From Leidyana gryllorum EB-2025a (Eukaryota > Protista > Apicomplexa): a DNA stretch of 64,000 nt. Below the pieces are notes generated by a model that saw nothing but the letters and a program-made list of their open reading frames with translations, was not told the DNA's origin and ran no database searches. Made by a program: the position numbers and the translations under genes. The stretch covers positions 1 through 64,000 of the forward strand of contig JBLWGC010000136.1 of assembly GCA_048772705.1 (NCBI GenBank). The letters run 5' to 3'. Shown piece by piece: positions 1-12,023 of the stretch. The stretch's first letter is position 1. Each line of letters starts with the position of its first letter.

Positions 1-1159
1 CGTCTCCGCTCGGGTACAAAATCGAGTTGGAGGCGATCATGTCATCAACCACACTTGCTTTGGTGATCTCTTTACTCCTAAATTGGCGTTCGGAACTAAG
101 ATTCAGTCCGTCGTTATTCCCGAGATGGTTGTAAGAGCAAATGCTGGTGGGTTTGATGCCAGTGCTGACCAGAAACTCAGCCATTACAGACTTGAATTTG
201 GTCTGGCCTGTCTTCAAATCATCACCGATCAGATACACACCTTTCTCCTGAGCCAGCGCGACCAGTCCGGGACAGAAGGTGTTCTGAGGCGAACCATTAA
301 TAAAGGCACATCCTTCCTGCACGGCGGCGATCGCATACAACAAGGAAGGCGCGATTTCTGCGTGATCGTCTTTAACAGCCTTCTCCAGATTCTCCCATGT
401 GTCATGTACCCCTTCCAGGTGATCGCTGAAACGTTCGGTATTACCACTCCAAAATATAATGACCTGTTTCAAGTCATTGGCCGTCCGCCATTCATGAATA
501 TCCCTCCTCAATCTTGCCACTTGCTCGGCTTTGGTCCCACCAATCACGTTGTCCGCTCGGACTTCTTGATTGGACGCAATGAAGTCTTTATCATAGATAC
601 CAGGCCAAACAGGAATGCTAGTCATTTGGGGGGCTACGGCTTTCTGGACTTCCAGCGGCAAAACTCTGGCACGGCGCATCGCGTCAGGCAAAGAAGTAGT
701 ACTGATATCCCAGCCACCAACAACAATGTCATTCGGGTGCAGCATCGGCAACATGGAACGCACAGGAACATATATATCCTTCTGAGTCTCACAATCCACA
801 CCGAGTCTTGTAGTCCCTGTCATGGCTACTGACCCATACCAGTTTGCTTTGCACTCTCCAACTTGGGTTTCCCACATTGTCTCCATCCGATTGGCGAGCA
901 GACCGGCGACAAAAGTGGTTCCATTGTTTCCCCCAAGTCCAACTATCAACACGCCAGTTCGGGGCACTCGCAGATCAGTTGTGAACTGGATCCGATCTTC
1001 TTGGGGAACGGCGTGAGCTTTGCCGTCTCTCAAATGTACTTGCGTGGAACGCAAAGTTGAATCGGCCACCAGGACGTGTCGTTCCGGGTCAACAAGGGCC
1101 GGTGTGACGACAGCAGTCTCCTGACTCAGGCACTCAATCATCGACACTTTGTCCCCCAT
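1..1159 (-). CDS. INO1: myo-inositol-1-phosphate synthase, 3' end beyond the window
   Basis: Missing from the ORF track because it has no stop in the window. Manual minus-strand translation from ATG 1159 gives MGDKVSM...GLGGNNGTT...GGWDIS...FWSGNTERF...INGSPQNTF...GDDLKTGQTKFKS...SYNHLGNNDG, the hallmark MIPS motifs. No intron seen. Confidence 0.96.
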   Translation of the reverse strand, partial: MGDKVSMIECLSQETAVVTPALVDPERHVLVADSTLRSTQVHLRDGKAHAVPQEDRIQFTTDLRVPRTGVLIVGLGGNNGTTFVAGLLANRMETMWETQVGECKANWYGSVAMTGTTRLGVDCETQKDIYVPVRSMLPMLHPNDIVVGGWDISTTSLPDAMRRARVLPLEVQKAVAPQMTSIPVWPGIYDKDFIASNQEVRADNVIGGTKAEQVARLRRDIHEWRTANDLKQVIIFWSGNTERFSDHLEGVHDTWENLEKAVKDDHAEIAPSLLYAIAAVQEGCAFINGSPQNTFCPGLVALAQEKGVYLIGDDLKTGQTKFKSVMAEFLVSTGIKPTSICSYNHLGNNDGLNLSSERQFRSKEITKASVVDDMIASNSILYPSGD

Positions 1160-1196
1160 GTTGATTCCAGGGTTGCGTGAAACCAGATTTTTTTGC

Positions 1197-1967
1197 TCAC
1201 TGTCCAGTACACACACGGCCCTGTCTGGCAACACGGCTCTTCAGGTCGGCCAATATCTCAACAGCACTGTCGTCTGCTACCCCCTCGAACATTGCCACCA
1301 ATCGGTCTGCATCCACCTGCAATTGATCAATTGCTGCTTTTGCCTGCCAAGAGTTATTAAAGTTAAGATCAGAGGAAATGTCAACAAGTTCTCTCCTACA
1401 TTGTTGAGGGCCGCATTGCCCGATATTTTCCTCAATCCCTGAATCTGAATTTGCATTTCCCTCAATCCTTTCGTCATCGATTGCTCCACTTTGCGAGTGA
1501 GCTTCACCCAGACCTCTTTGGTAAATTCGACATCTTGCTCGTCCAACTGCACCGAAATGACCTCCAATCCACCCCCTTTCGAGTGACTCACAATGTTCAG
1601 TAGGGTCGCAGTATCATTAACGATCATCTGTAACTCATTCAAGCACTCCGTTGGTCCAGTGACTCTCGTACTTCTCTTGCTCATTTGCACACGCAAGTAC
1701 ATATGGGCGTTAGACAGCACCTGAGTGAACAGCCGAACTCGCTCCTGAATAAACTCGTCCGTAGACTCCAGGATTTTCTGTCACAGATCATTCACAATCT
1801 CACACTCAGCTCCGTTACCCACCGCTTTCAATTCTTTGATGCTCTCGGAGGCCCATTGTGCAAAGTGGGTCTGTAACTTTGTCATATCAGCCTTGTCCAA
1901 AGCTGGCAGCGACAACATTTTGAGCAAATGTAAAGAGGTTTCTGTGAGAGAATGATTGATATAAGCG

Positions 1968-2018
<51 letters not shown>

Positions 2019-2801
2019 GTTACCTTGTTTCTGCATCGAAGGCGCGCCTTCGGCTTCGACGGTCGCCATTGCACAGGAGAAGCCCTTAAGCCAGACCGTC
2101 GCGATATCCAATGCGTTGCAGGTCAACAAATCGCTCTCTAACCACTTGGATGGCATTCCTGAGAGATCCAGTCGTGTTGCCTCTCGGACAATACCTTCCC
2201 ACACACTCACCGACAATGAGATTGACGAAAGGACTCTCCAGGAATGTCGACGTATCCCCGGTCTCGAGGTTGGTCAGCTCTCTGAACACAAATGTCTGAC
2301 GCCTCAGTCCGACATCAACTTGGAAACAACTTACTCTCCACGTCTCCTCGGCGACACCCAACGCATCATTATCCAAAGGCTCGTAGACTGGCCACAGCCA
2401 ATCCTCGTAGGGCTTGAAGTGACGGAACAACTGCCATATCTCGACAGCTTTCTGCTCTAATGGCAATTCAGCAGCCAACACGTTGTCCAACACCGTGGCG
2501 AAACTGCTCCTTAGCCGTGTCTCCTTGGCGGTTGGGACGTCGGTTTTGGTGGTGTAGCGGCTCAAAGCGTCTTGCAGTGATAGACGGGATTGAAGTAACC
2601 TTTGCCGGGTATCAGACACTGTGCCCAGCTGTTCGAGTAAAGAACGGATATCTGCGACCAAGAGACCACTCGCCAGAGGAATTAGGAAAGGTAAGACATA
2701 CGGTCGCCAGTTCTCGTTATCTCGGTGAATATGCTTCGGTCGAGTTGGGGTGGGGTGAGGTCCAACTCCTTCAAGCTGGCGAGCGCCAAGTGCAGGTCCA
2801 T
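1197..2801 (-). CDS. multi-exon helical hypothetical protein, weakly resembling RINT1/TIP20-type tethering subunits
   Basis: ATG 2801 (MDLHLALASLKE). ORF pieces 2086-2661, 1781-2074 and 1277-1720 can be joined through GT-AG introns, ending ...RVCTGQ* at 1197. The family guess rests only on helical character and AAIDQLQVDADRL. Confidence 0.6.
1969..2016. repeat. (TG)24 microsatellite inside an intron
   Basis: Perfect TG run inside a predicted minus-strand intron at 1942-2023 (GTAAC...CACAG). Confidence 0.97.
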
Positions 2802-2887
2802 CTCCACTTTTTTGCTAAGGGCGATATATCATGCCGACGTGAGCACCTCAGGGTTTTTTTGTCCGTGAGGGGCCTGCGCTGACATGA

Positions 2888-5800
2888 ATGTGGTCATCTC
2901 ACTCTAAGGCCTTCACATCAAGATCCACAGGTTCACCTTCCAGCGTCCGCAAATTTGTAATCAATCCAAGTCACCCAGATGACCTGTCCCGATTCCAGTC
3001 GAACAAAGCCAGTTGTCATCGATCAAAAGTAAGATTGGTGGTCATAGGTACCGACGTGTCTCATGATGTTGTCTGACTCAGTGGCATACGGCTCTGCTGC
3101 TCTTCTGGTGGGAGGAGCTCATCAGGCTTCCCAACACATTACTGCTGCTAACTATCGTACTGGAGACATATCGAGCGAGTAAGTCTCGGCCGAGTGATCT
3201 GGCAATTGCGCTTGGGCAGCTTTGGGAACCGTCTATGTGCGATGGTCTTACGCCTTGTTGGCACCGATGCTGATTTCCTCTCTCACCAAAATGTATGAGG
3301 AGTGGAAACTCTTTCGGGGAGCACAGGCGATCAACGCCAGGCCGTATACCCTGGTTGAACAACGGTCTCCTCACTTGCGAGTGGTTCGACGGGAAGATTT
3401 ATTAGTTGGCCAAATCATTCTGGTAACACGGAATGATGAAGTTCCAGCTGATTGTCTTCTGCTCGCTACGTCAAGTCCGGATGGCCGCGCCTACTTCTCC
3501 AGCGGTAAATGACGTTTTCAGCCCAGCTGATCCGCTATCAAAACAGTGCAGAGTTAGTCACGGGGAATGAGGATTTACTGCTGCGAGTGGCTGTGAAGGA
3601 AACACGCAATGACGCCACCGAGTCCGCTATGGCTAATCTAGCAGGTTCTGTCATATGTACACCGCCTAGTCCCACCCCAGAAGTTTTCACAGGAGGTCTT
3701 CGTCTCAAAGCTCACCCCAGGACGGCTCATTTGGACAGGCGCAACTTTGTAATGGAAGGCAGTGTTCTGCGCCGAACTCACTGGGCGTTCTGTTTGATCG
3801 TCTATACGGGCTCCGATACTAAGAATGGACGGCAAATTCCACGCTTGCCGCAGCGACGATCGAAGCGTGTCATGTTGGAGCATATCACCAATCGAATTGG
3901 ACTGTTGACCTACCTCGTGGCTTTCCTTTGCGCCGTGGTGAGTGTAGTTGAGTGGCACAGCCCAGTAAATCCAGCGTCGTCTCGCAGGCGAGTGGCTTGA
4001 CCAGCTATCGGTTGAGCAGCGATAAACATATCTTCTTGAATTATATGTTTCCACACAAGAGGGAATGCTTCCTGGGCCTCCTGATTCATTACTTTGTGGT
4101 GTTGTCAGCTTCGATCTGTCCTCTCATGTTGACCACCAATGACATTATTGCTGTCATTACTGCTCGTGTTGCTGAAAAAAGTCTGACTCGATATGCTGCC
4201 GACATCAGCCCCCCTGAATATGAGGCACTCACGTTGGGTGAAAGAACGAATACTCATGCAGCTCCTTCGCCCTCGGAAGCTCCAAGCTCGGGAGTAAGGC
4301 ATGTTTTTTCAGCCCTACCCCGTTTGATAAAGCGTAATGACACTTATTCCACCTATCATACTACCGAGAGTGGATCCCGCTACCAATTCCCGTCTCTGCC
4401 GGATGTCTACATCTCCCATGTGGATATCCTTAGTAACCTCGCAAAAGTGGATTATTTATTGACCGACAAGACCGGAACACTCACCTCCGGCACGGGATAC
4501 TCTGTGGTCTTCATCTCCATTGGCAAAAGGATGTATGGACAAGCACACAAAGCACAGAGCGAAACTACCGTCAAAACTGCCCTGCAAACTCTTCCCACAG
4601 TACGCAACAGCAAGCTCAAGTCCGTCCTCAAAGGGTCCGTGTCTCGCAATAAACGCTCTGTAGACGAGGCAGAAGAGGCTGATGATTCAGCCCCTCCTTC
4701 GAAGAGCTTCCGATTCGACAGCAAGGTTAAGGTACGTGTGTCTCTGTCTCCCAGATCTATATCGAACAAACGTGATCGTCGCAGAGGGAAGATACTGGAT
4801 CCACGTTTCCCGCGGATGCGAGTGGAGCGCAAGACGGCTCCCGCACCCACAGACTTGACTCACCTCAGCCACGAACAGGAAATAAAACCAGTCCAAGTTC
4901 TTCGGCTCGCGGAGTGGGTCCGCGGGCTCGAAGCTCCACCGGCTCGGGGTTCTCCCGAGGGGTGGTGGGACGCAGAAGTTTGCGACGGCGAGTCGACCAG
5001 TCCGAGCGTACAGTTTCACGTGCAGAAGCACGAAGTCGAATAATGCAATTCCGGGTGGCTGATCACCCGGAACTAAAATGTGAATTTGAGGATGTGCAAA
5101 TCCTCCGTGACCTGCGTAAGGGTGGGGTGCGCTCCGCTCTCATTGACGACTTTGGTCGGGCTCTCGTACTGTGCACTTCTACCATCGTTGTGGCCCCGCA
5201 TCTGCCCGATGTGGAAGTGGGCTACAGCCAGGAACGAAGTGGGTTGCGGAGAACGAGTAATAACACCCCCGCCATGGTTCGGGACATGCATGGGACCTTC
5301 TCTGGTATCTCGAATGAACATCGAAGTTTGCTGTTGAGGGAAGGCGGGCCTGATGTGCGTACCCCTTCGCCGAGTACTTTGTCGCCCCCAGGCCTAAATA
5401 GTAGCGCATCCCTCACTCGACTGCCCACAGGCGCTGCCGGTTCCTCCACCGAGAGTCTGAACAACCGAAGGTAGGCCGTTGTCAACCCGCAGACTTGTTT
5501 GCACGTCGACGTGATTTACGCGCTTTCATCGGAATCAGGGCCGGACGCGACATACCTTGTATCAATTTCTGCAGGGGAGGTTCCATGAGCGTTCCAGTGG
5601 TCAAGAGATTCGGCTCTACACTCAAGGATGAGACCGCTCAGTTTGCCTTAGCCTACAAATTAGGCTACGGTCTCATAGCCCGAACATCAAGTGATCTAAC
5701 CATAGAAGTGAATGGCAAAATCGAGTCATATCATATCTTGTTCTCGCTGTCACATACTGCGACGCATCCGAGAAATCTGGTGGTCTTGCAAAGGGGTATG

Positions 5801-8800
5801 AGGCTCTCTCACACCAGCTGCTGTTGTAATACAGTCTTGTAGAGAACAGCGCTGAAGCCATTGTTCTGTGCAAGGGTGGAGCTGTCTCCATTCTCGATAT
5901 GGTAGTGGAAAGGAGAGATCCAAGATCTCGAACGCTGGTCAATCTTCATGCCGCCGCCATCAAACACGCCAATCGTCTTATATCTCACGTGAGCTCCCAC
6001 CTTCACCACGTAGTCTCATGTGACCGTAGGGCTTCCGTACCCTGGCGATGGCACAAAAGATTCTGGAAGCCCGCGACGTCAAAGCCCTTTGTCATCAACT
6101 GGATCGGTTGGGGGGTCTCGCAGCAGAAGAAAAAGATGCCACAATGTTAGCCATTGCAGAGTTCTTGGAGAGCGGCCTACACGTGAGTTGTAGCTCACAA
6201 CCCACTCAAACTCTGCTGTGCAGTTACTGGGTGTCTACGCAATACGAGAACCACTACATCAGGGAGTCACCAAAACCTTGAACCTTTTGACACAGGCTGG
6301 CGTAAAGACATGGATGGTAACGGGCGACGACTACGAGCGAGCCATAAGCTGTGCATACAAAGCGCAAATCTTCAAGCCTCATATGCGGCTTTTACACGTG
6401 AACATCTTGAGCGATGCAGAGACCGATGTCGCACATGCCTATGAGTCGTTTGTGGCGGAGTTGAGGACGATGGGTGAAACAGAGGAGATTGGATGTGTTC
6501 TGAATGGAACCAGTCTCGATATCTATATGAGCTCGAGTGAGTTGCAAGCCTTACTGTTGACGATGGTGAGCGGAACGTGTTTTCGAACACAATGTTCGTG
6601 TCTCCCAGCTTACGCAAAGTGAGGCAGTGGTGGCTTGTGAGATGACGGGAACTCAGAAAGGTGTGCTCACACGGCTGTTGAAAGAGGGAGTAACACCGAC
6701 ACCAGTCATACTGGCAGTTGGCGACGGCCTCAATGACATTAGCATGTTTAAAGAGGCACACGTTTCTGTTGCCGTTGCATCGGACAACACCTCTGTCAAA
6801 GCGAGTAGGGCACACATATTTGCCAAGCTCCACGCAGATGCGTATGTTCCGACCTTCTCGCTACTCCGGCCACTGTTATTCGAGCATGGGCGGAAGTCAT
6901 TACACACGGCGACGTAAGTTCTACTTCATCTTTGGTAGCTGTGGCCACACTGCTTCATTTCAGTACTTGGATGCGAGTTTCCGTGATGATGGCCGTTATC
7001 TGTCTGGTTCCGACAATGCTTTTCGCTTCGAATAGTCTGTGGTCGGGCGTCCTGCTGTACTCTCGAGTTGGGTGGGCGTTTTACCATTGTCTACCAATGG
7101 CAATAATATGCCTCACTGGCGCTTTCCACAACGTGGAAATCCCGAGTGTAATATTGTGGAATGTTCCCATCCTCTACACTGCAGTAAGATGAATGGTGAA
7201 GAGACTTGAAAGCTCTTGATGTGTCCCATAGACCCGGCGTCGAGGAATGTTCCACATGGGTATCTTGATCATTGACGTGGTGTATGCAACTGTAATATCC
7301 CTGTTCATGTCAATGGCAACCACTGAAGCGCTCGGGTCACCATGGATTCTTACTGGCACGGGTACTTCCTGTGATTTCTTGACGGTGTGGGCTCATATTG
7401 TGGGCATCGGCGGTCAGGGAGCTGTGACTGTGTGGCTCGCATATCACGCACCCAATGGACGCGGAAAACTGTTCACCTTCGCTGTCGTAGTGTACGCAGC
7501 CATTTTATCGACGACGGTGGTGACTGAGGCTGTCCCTCCAATGTTATTTAATCCGGGGTTGGGAGAACAAATTACCACATGTGCGGAATCCGGCGGGAGC
7601 ACACTTCGGAAGTCAATGTTACTGTGTGCTTTCATAATGGGCTCCGTCGTATGCTGTTTCTCTCTCCGAAGAATTCAGCTCGTGTAAGATCGGTCGATCG
7701 GTGATGTTTCGTTACACTTTTCAGCGCCTTCCCCAACATCTCGCATTACACCAAAGTACAGCTGATGCGCGCGTATCCTGCTCACGCTCTCTCACCACGA
7801 GATCTGCGTCAATTGTCGAGCCCACGGAGTCGGTCAAACGCAACAGCTCACCTCATGAGTTCAGCCACTCTGACCCCTCGCTCGAACAACAAGGAACAAA
7901 CGCCCCACATTTTCAATCCCGAGGGTCATAGTATCCGCGCCAGCATATACACCAAAGACTTGCGACGCGCTCTCAATCCAATGCTCCACCCACAGCTGGC
8001 AGGACTGCTTCCGATGCCTCGGGAATTTTATGTAGCCAACTTTGTTGGCTCGCTTGAGGGTGGACGGAAAGTCCGAACGACTGCAATAATTGACAAGTGA
8101 GTCACGGCGACGACTGACCACTTCTTATTCTTCAAATAGACTGACTTTGCGCGTATGCGGGGTGACAAAAGGACGACTGGCTCTACCGGCCGCTCGACCG
8201 ATGCAGAACTTCACGAGTCCTCTGGGTGATGCTTGGCAGAGTATGCGAGTCAACTTACCCTTAACTCCACGGGCTGTGGGCTACATCACAGAGACGTCCA
8301 GCTCCTGTGTTGAGGGGGAGAGAGATTTGCAGTTGCCGAGCGCGTCAGAGCTTGTGGAGAATCAGTCCGACAATTTCCGCAATCTGGTCCATGTCTTCCG
8401 TCTCACGTTCAAAGACGAGCAACTGGAAGCGGATTATCAAGTTTCGCGGCGCCAATATATACGGTGAGGGCGGATCACCTTACTCTGATCACTTGGCAAC
8501 TTTGCAGGGAACATAAACTCTCTCACCGTCTGAGTTTCCTCTTCTTATGCATAGTGGCCCTAGTCCTGCGAATCCCGGATCTCTTCTGGGGTGAACCCAC
8601 CCACACTGTGTTCCAGTCTGTCGTGTCATTAACTCCCTACGCCGTGTCCATCATCCTCTATGGGTTGACGCACTGTGGCTTACTCCTCCACAAATCCTTT
8701 GACTTGGTGATCGGTAGTTTCATCCTGATGATGGCCATCAGTCAAATGATTGCTGACACCATCCTGTCTCAGGACGGAGTTGCGTCAATTGCGATTTATT

Positions 8801-11800
8801 GCGTCGCAGTTTTCATATTCTTCTCGATTCCCTGGTACCATGCACTCACCTACAATGCGATTCACCTCATCATCTTCATTGTCCGCTATGGCTTTACTGT
8901 GAATCTGGCGCGACGCAACGCGGATGACGATGAACGACAGCTCCAAAACCCTGTCATTGCTGAACGTCTCGGAGGGGATCCCGTCAACTTTCGGAAGCTG
9001 TTCTGCTACTTACCTATTCTGTGTGGTAAGAATCGCTTTGTGGCGACGGACAGTCTTTGAGCCAATGTCGGCAATCCAGGGATTGAGATTTTCACAGCGT
9101 TTGCCACCTATCGGCTAGAATTCAAGCGACGCAAAGCCTTTCTGCTCAACTATCAGGCGGAGAGGACCAGGAAGAAGCAGACCGAGATACTGAATACAAT
9201 GTTGCCTCCCTTCGTAGTGAATAGAATGTTATATGGACCTTTTGATGACAATGGGTAAGTAGATTGCGGTGCTCATTCTCATTCGGTGCTCCTAGAATTC
9301 CCCGTGGATTGAAAGCCGAGGATCGAGGAACAGTTTCGGTCATTTTCTGCGATGTGTCAGACTTTCAAACCATTGTGGCAACTGTGGCGGCTGCCGACTT
9401 GGTCAAAATCTTAGACCGTCTCTTTCTCAACTTCGATAAGTGCGCCGAAAAATGGAGATGCACCAAGATCGAGACTGTTTTCGAGACCTATCTGGCGGCC
9501 GCCGGGATAGCCCTTGACGAGAACGGTGATAACCCCGAGATCGCAACCCCAGAGGAAGATGCTTTCGACGCTCTGTCCTGCGCGCTGGCTATGCTGGATG
9601 TCAGCTTTGATACTTCCTACGCCACCTTGATGCAGCATAGTGCAAAGCAGCAACTCTTGGGCACTGGTACGAGCATTGAGAGGTCGGGTACCAAGGCAAC
9701 CGGAATCATCCAGTCCAAAGATGAACAGAGTCCTCACGCCAGTGGTCACATGCACTCTCTAAGTGTCCAAATCGGAATTCACTCCGGACGCGTCATCAGC
9801 GGAGTTGTCGGTGCCAAGAAACCTCAGTATGCCTTATTCGGGGACACAGTCAATACCGCCAGTCGGATGAAGAGTACGGGTAAACCCGACCACATACACG
9901 TGTCTCACACCACCTATGAGCTGTTGAAAGAGGATCGGAACCTGGTATGGGAGGACCGACAAATCCAAGTCAAAGGGAAAGGGTTGATGACCACGCACTT
10001 GCTAACAGGGGTGCTTGTCATGAATCGCGTAAATTCTCGTTGGCGGCGCCAAGGATCATTGCCGCGCTCTCCGTTGGTCCACACCCCTTCCATAGGCGAT
10101 GGTAGCGAGCTTAGTGATCGCTCTGCACCCCTTGGTCCAGTGATCGACGCCACACACGTTAGCTGTTTGGGCCGGGTGTGTCCCCGTGAACCCGTGGAAG
10201 CACCACCGGTCGTTCGCCCAAGACCCCAACAAAGAAAAATCCGTTTTAACTGGGTGCTGCTGACCTTTCGGGATCCTAAGCTCGAAGGCGCATATAAATC
10301 GCATTTCTATGCGAACACAAGCAATGTGAACAATATTGGGAGAGCGATTGTAATATTCATCGTGAGCACGTTAATCTTGGCGGGTTTGATTAAAGATCGT
10401 TCTGCTGCAGGCAACCCACACCATTCAAACGCTAGTTCAAACTGCTGTTCCCCGGTATGGGTTCATCTGGTTTTACGAGGGATCAACGTGGGTAGCCTTC
10501 AAGATTCGGTCCTTGATTACTGGTGTTGCGTTCATGCTCTGGCTCCTTCTGCATTTCCGACACCAAATAGGTTTAGCAGACGAGAAGGGGGTGAAGGCTA
10601 TTATCTTTGTGCTGACTGCGCTATTCCTTTTTGCAGCCTGCACTGTGATGCTGGAGCCCACATGGACGGTCAATGTGCCGGACGATACCCGAGTCGCTTG
10701 GATCCACATTGATACCCTTGAGACGTTCTTGTTCATCACAGTACTGCATCATTACAGCGGTTTGCTCGTTCAATACATTGTTGTAATTGACATCGCGTTT
10801 GGCGTCATGACCACAGTATACCTCCGTACGGTAATGGAGCACACAGTTTTGGCTATCGAAGCGCTTTTTGTTCTTCCATTGTTCATCCTTGCCAATGTTT
10901 TCTCTGTGTTCAACAAGGTGAGTGTTTCAGCGGTGACGACGAGTGTCTCTTTTCCAACCAGGAGTATGTTGAGCGGCAGTCCTTCGTCGTTGATGAAGAG
11001 ATGCAAGAAATGCAGAAGAGAGGGGGGATTTTATTGAGGGATATGATGCCAGAGGAGGTACTGGAAGAATTCAAAGCCGATAGCCTCAAATTGGCTTATC
11101 ACTACGATGAGATCACATTTATCTTCGCGGATCTATGTGGATTCACAAAATGGGCAGAGACAGTGGACGCGAGTGAAGTGGTCACGGTGTTGCAGACACT
11201 GTTTGCCAAATTTGACCGCGATTCTACTAGATTCGGTGTATTCAAAGTTTGTACCATCGGTGACGCTTACGTAGCCGTGAGCAATCCCATAACCCGGGAA
11301 GCTGCCGAAGCGGGTGCTTACGATCCCGCCATGGGAGCGCTGAGCGTTATAGCTCTGGCAGAATGTATGATCGCGGATATCAAGACTGTGAGGGAGAATT
11401 TGCAGGTGAGATCTACACTCCCCCCTTCCCGGGTTCTCGGCCGACCATTTGTCTCCCCCTCCAGATTCCAACACTGGATATGCGCGTCGGCCTGCACTTC
11501 GGAAGTTGTGTGGGAGGCGTTATCGGATCGGGCCGACTGCGATATGACTTGTGGGGATCTGATGTGGTCACGGGCAACAAGATGGAGAGCAACGGTCTCC
11601 CAGGCAAAATTTGCGTCTCAGAACCACTGATCCTCTACTTGATTGAACACTTCCCGTCGTAAGTCCGGTGACCGTCGGTCGAATTTGTCTCACTGTCCCA
11701 CCAGCCGCTTCCATTTCGTGTTCCATCGCACAGTGCCAGTTTTGGGGAGGACTGTTAATGCATACATCCTCATGTCGAGTGCATACAACAAGAAGAAAAC

Positions 11801-11999
11801 TACAAGAGCCTCCAATGTAGGGAGTCGTGAGGGTGGCGAAATTCTGTTGAGCACATTACCGCATCATCTACCCTCCCAAATAGGTCGCACCGAGGCTAAC
11901 TCGGGTGCCTACTCGTTGCATACGCCCTTTACTGCCCCTTTAATCAACAACAGCAAACGATCGGGTGGAAGATCCCGAGCGATGTTGATGAGAGGTTAA
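2888..11999 (+). CDS. bifunctional P4-ATPase (flippase-like) / guanylate cyclase, multi-exon
   Basis: ATPase motifs: VPADCLLL, DKTGTLT (4465-4485), WMVTGD, AVGDGLNDISM. These are followed by TM blocks and two class III cyclase domains: IFCDVSDF/KIETVFETY/QYALFGDTVNTASRM and IFADLCGF/CTIGDAY/RYDLWGSDV. This architecture is typical of alveolate guanylate cyclases. Confidence 0.93.
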
Positions 12000-12023
12000 T
12001 GATCAGATAGCGTTTATCGACGA

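Noticed and set aside
83-832. 249-aa plus-strand ORF
   Set aside because: It is the antisense shadow of INO1.
2888-11999. Fragmented ORFs as pseudogenes, frameshifts or a non-standard genetic code
   Set aside because: The breaks I checked coincide with short GT-AG introns, and intronless genes translate normally with the standard code.
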